Positions 63,740 to 64,000 of a stretch of 64,000 nt of DNA are shown here, piece after piece. Under the pieces are notes generated by a model, which did not search any database, was not told the origin of the DNA, and saw only the letters and a program-made list of their open reading frames with translations. The position numbers and the translations under genes were made by a program. Location of the stretch: positions 32,001 to 96,000 of IMG/VR virus record IMGVR_UViG_3300036985_006248. One strand, 5' to 3'. The stretch's first letter is position 1. Each line of letters opens with the position of its first letter. The stretch is from a virus.

Positions 63740-64000
63740 GATAATACTCCTTTTAAAATAAAACTAACTAGTAGTTGTTTATAGCAAAGGAAAAAGGTCT
63801 TGTTAAGTATTAAGTGAAGTTCTTTGACTGGAATATAAGAGTATACCGGCATCTAACAATACATCGCGTAGCATATCTTCGTTCCACATATCATCAGTGG
63901 CAGCAGAGGCTTTCTTCAAAGCTTCTTCGCCTTTTTGTATAAGTGCATCTGTGTCTATGGATGGATCTTTATATATATATACTTTGTTAAGTATCTCCGC

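Noticed and set aside
1-64000. Stop-codon reassignment
   Set aside because: Genes are intact under code 11, TAA, TAG and TGA all end genes, and no suppressor tRNA was found.

Overview
A 64 kb segment of a large tailed (T4-like/jumbo myovirus-type) bacteriophage genome, with almost all real genes on the minus strand. From left to right it holds: (1) baseplate genes (gp6-like, gp25-like, a 2072 aa protein, and a gp5-like pair, one member carrying an M15 peptidase) plus a gp55-like late sigma factor; (2) a sugar-modification cluster (gmd, three GT4s, a GT-A, a C-methyltransferase, an FkbM-type methyltransferase), in which one GT4 is split by a 253 nt group I intron and gmd is flanked by two decayed homing-endonuclease genes; (3) a PD-(D/E)XK nuclease, PIN-PhoH with a class 3 intein, TrmH, tRNA-Ala, ClpP, a ~300 nt ncRNA resembling the 23S rRNA L11-binding domain, a GH19 endolysin and probable head-associated proteins; (4) arrays of about 30 divergent small SH3/KOW-like proteins; (5) a GC-richer early region of promoter/hairpin cassettes with leaderless genes; (6) a cluster of 15 tRNAs, including atypical Arg(UCU) and Ile(UAU), plus two unknown structured RNAs; (7) a MoxR/VWA pair, an Sm-like gene followed by four coupled Ser-X repeat peptide ORFs, iteron-like repeats and purA. 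All protein assignments come from motif recognition by eye; no database searches were run.
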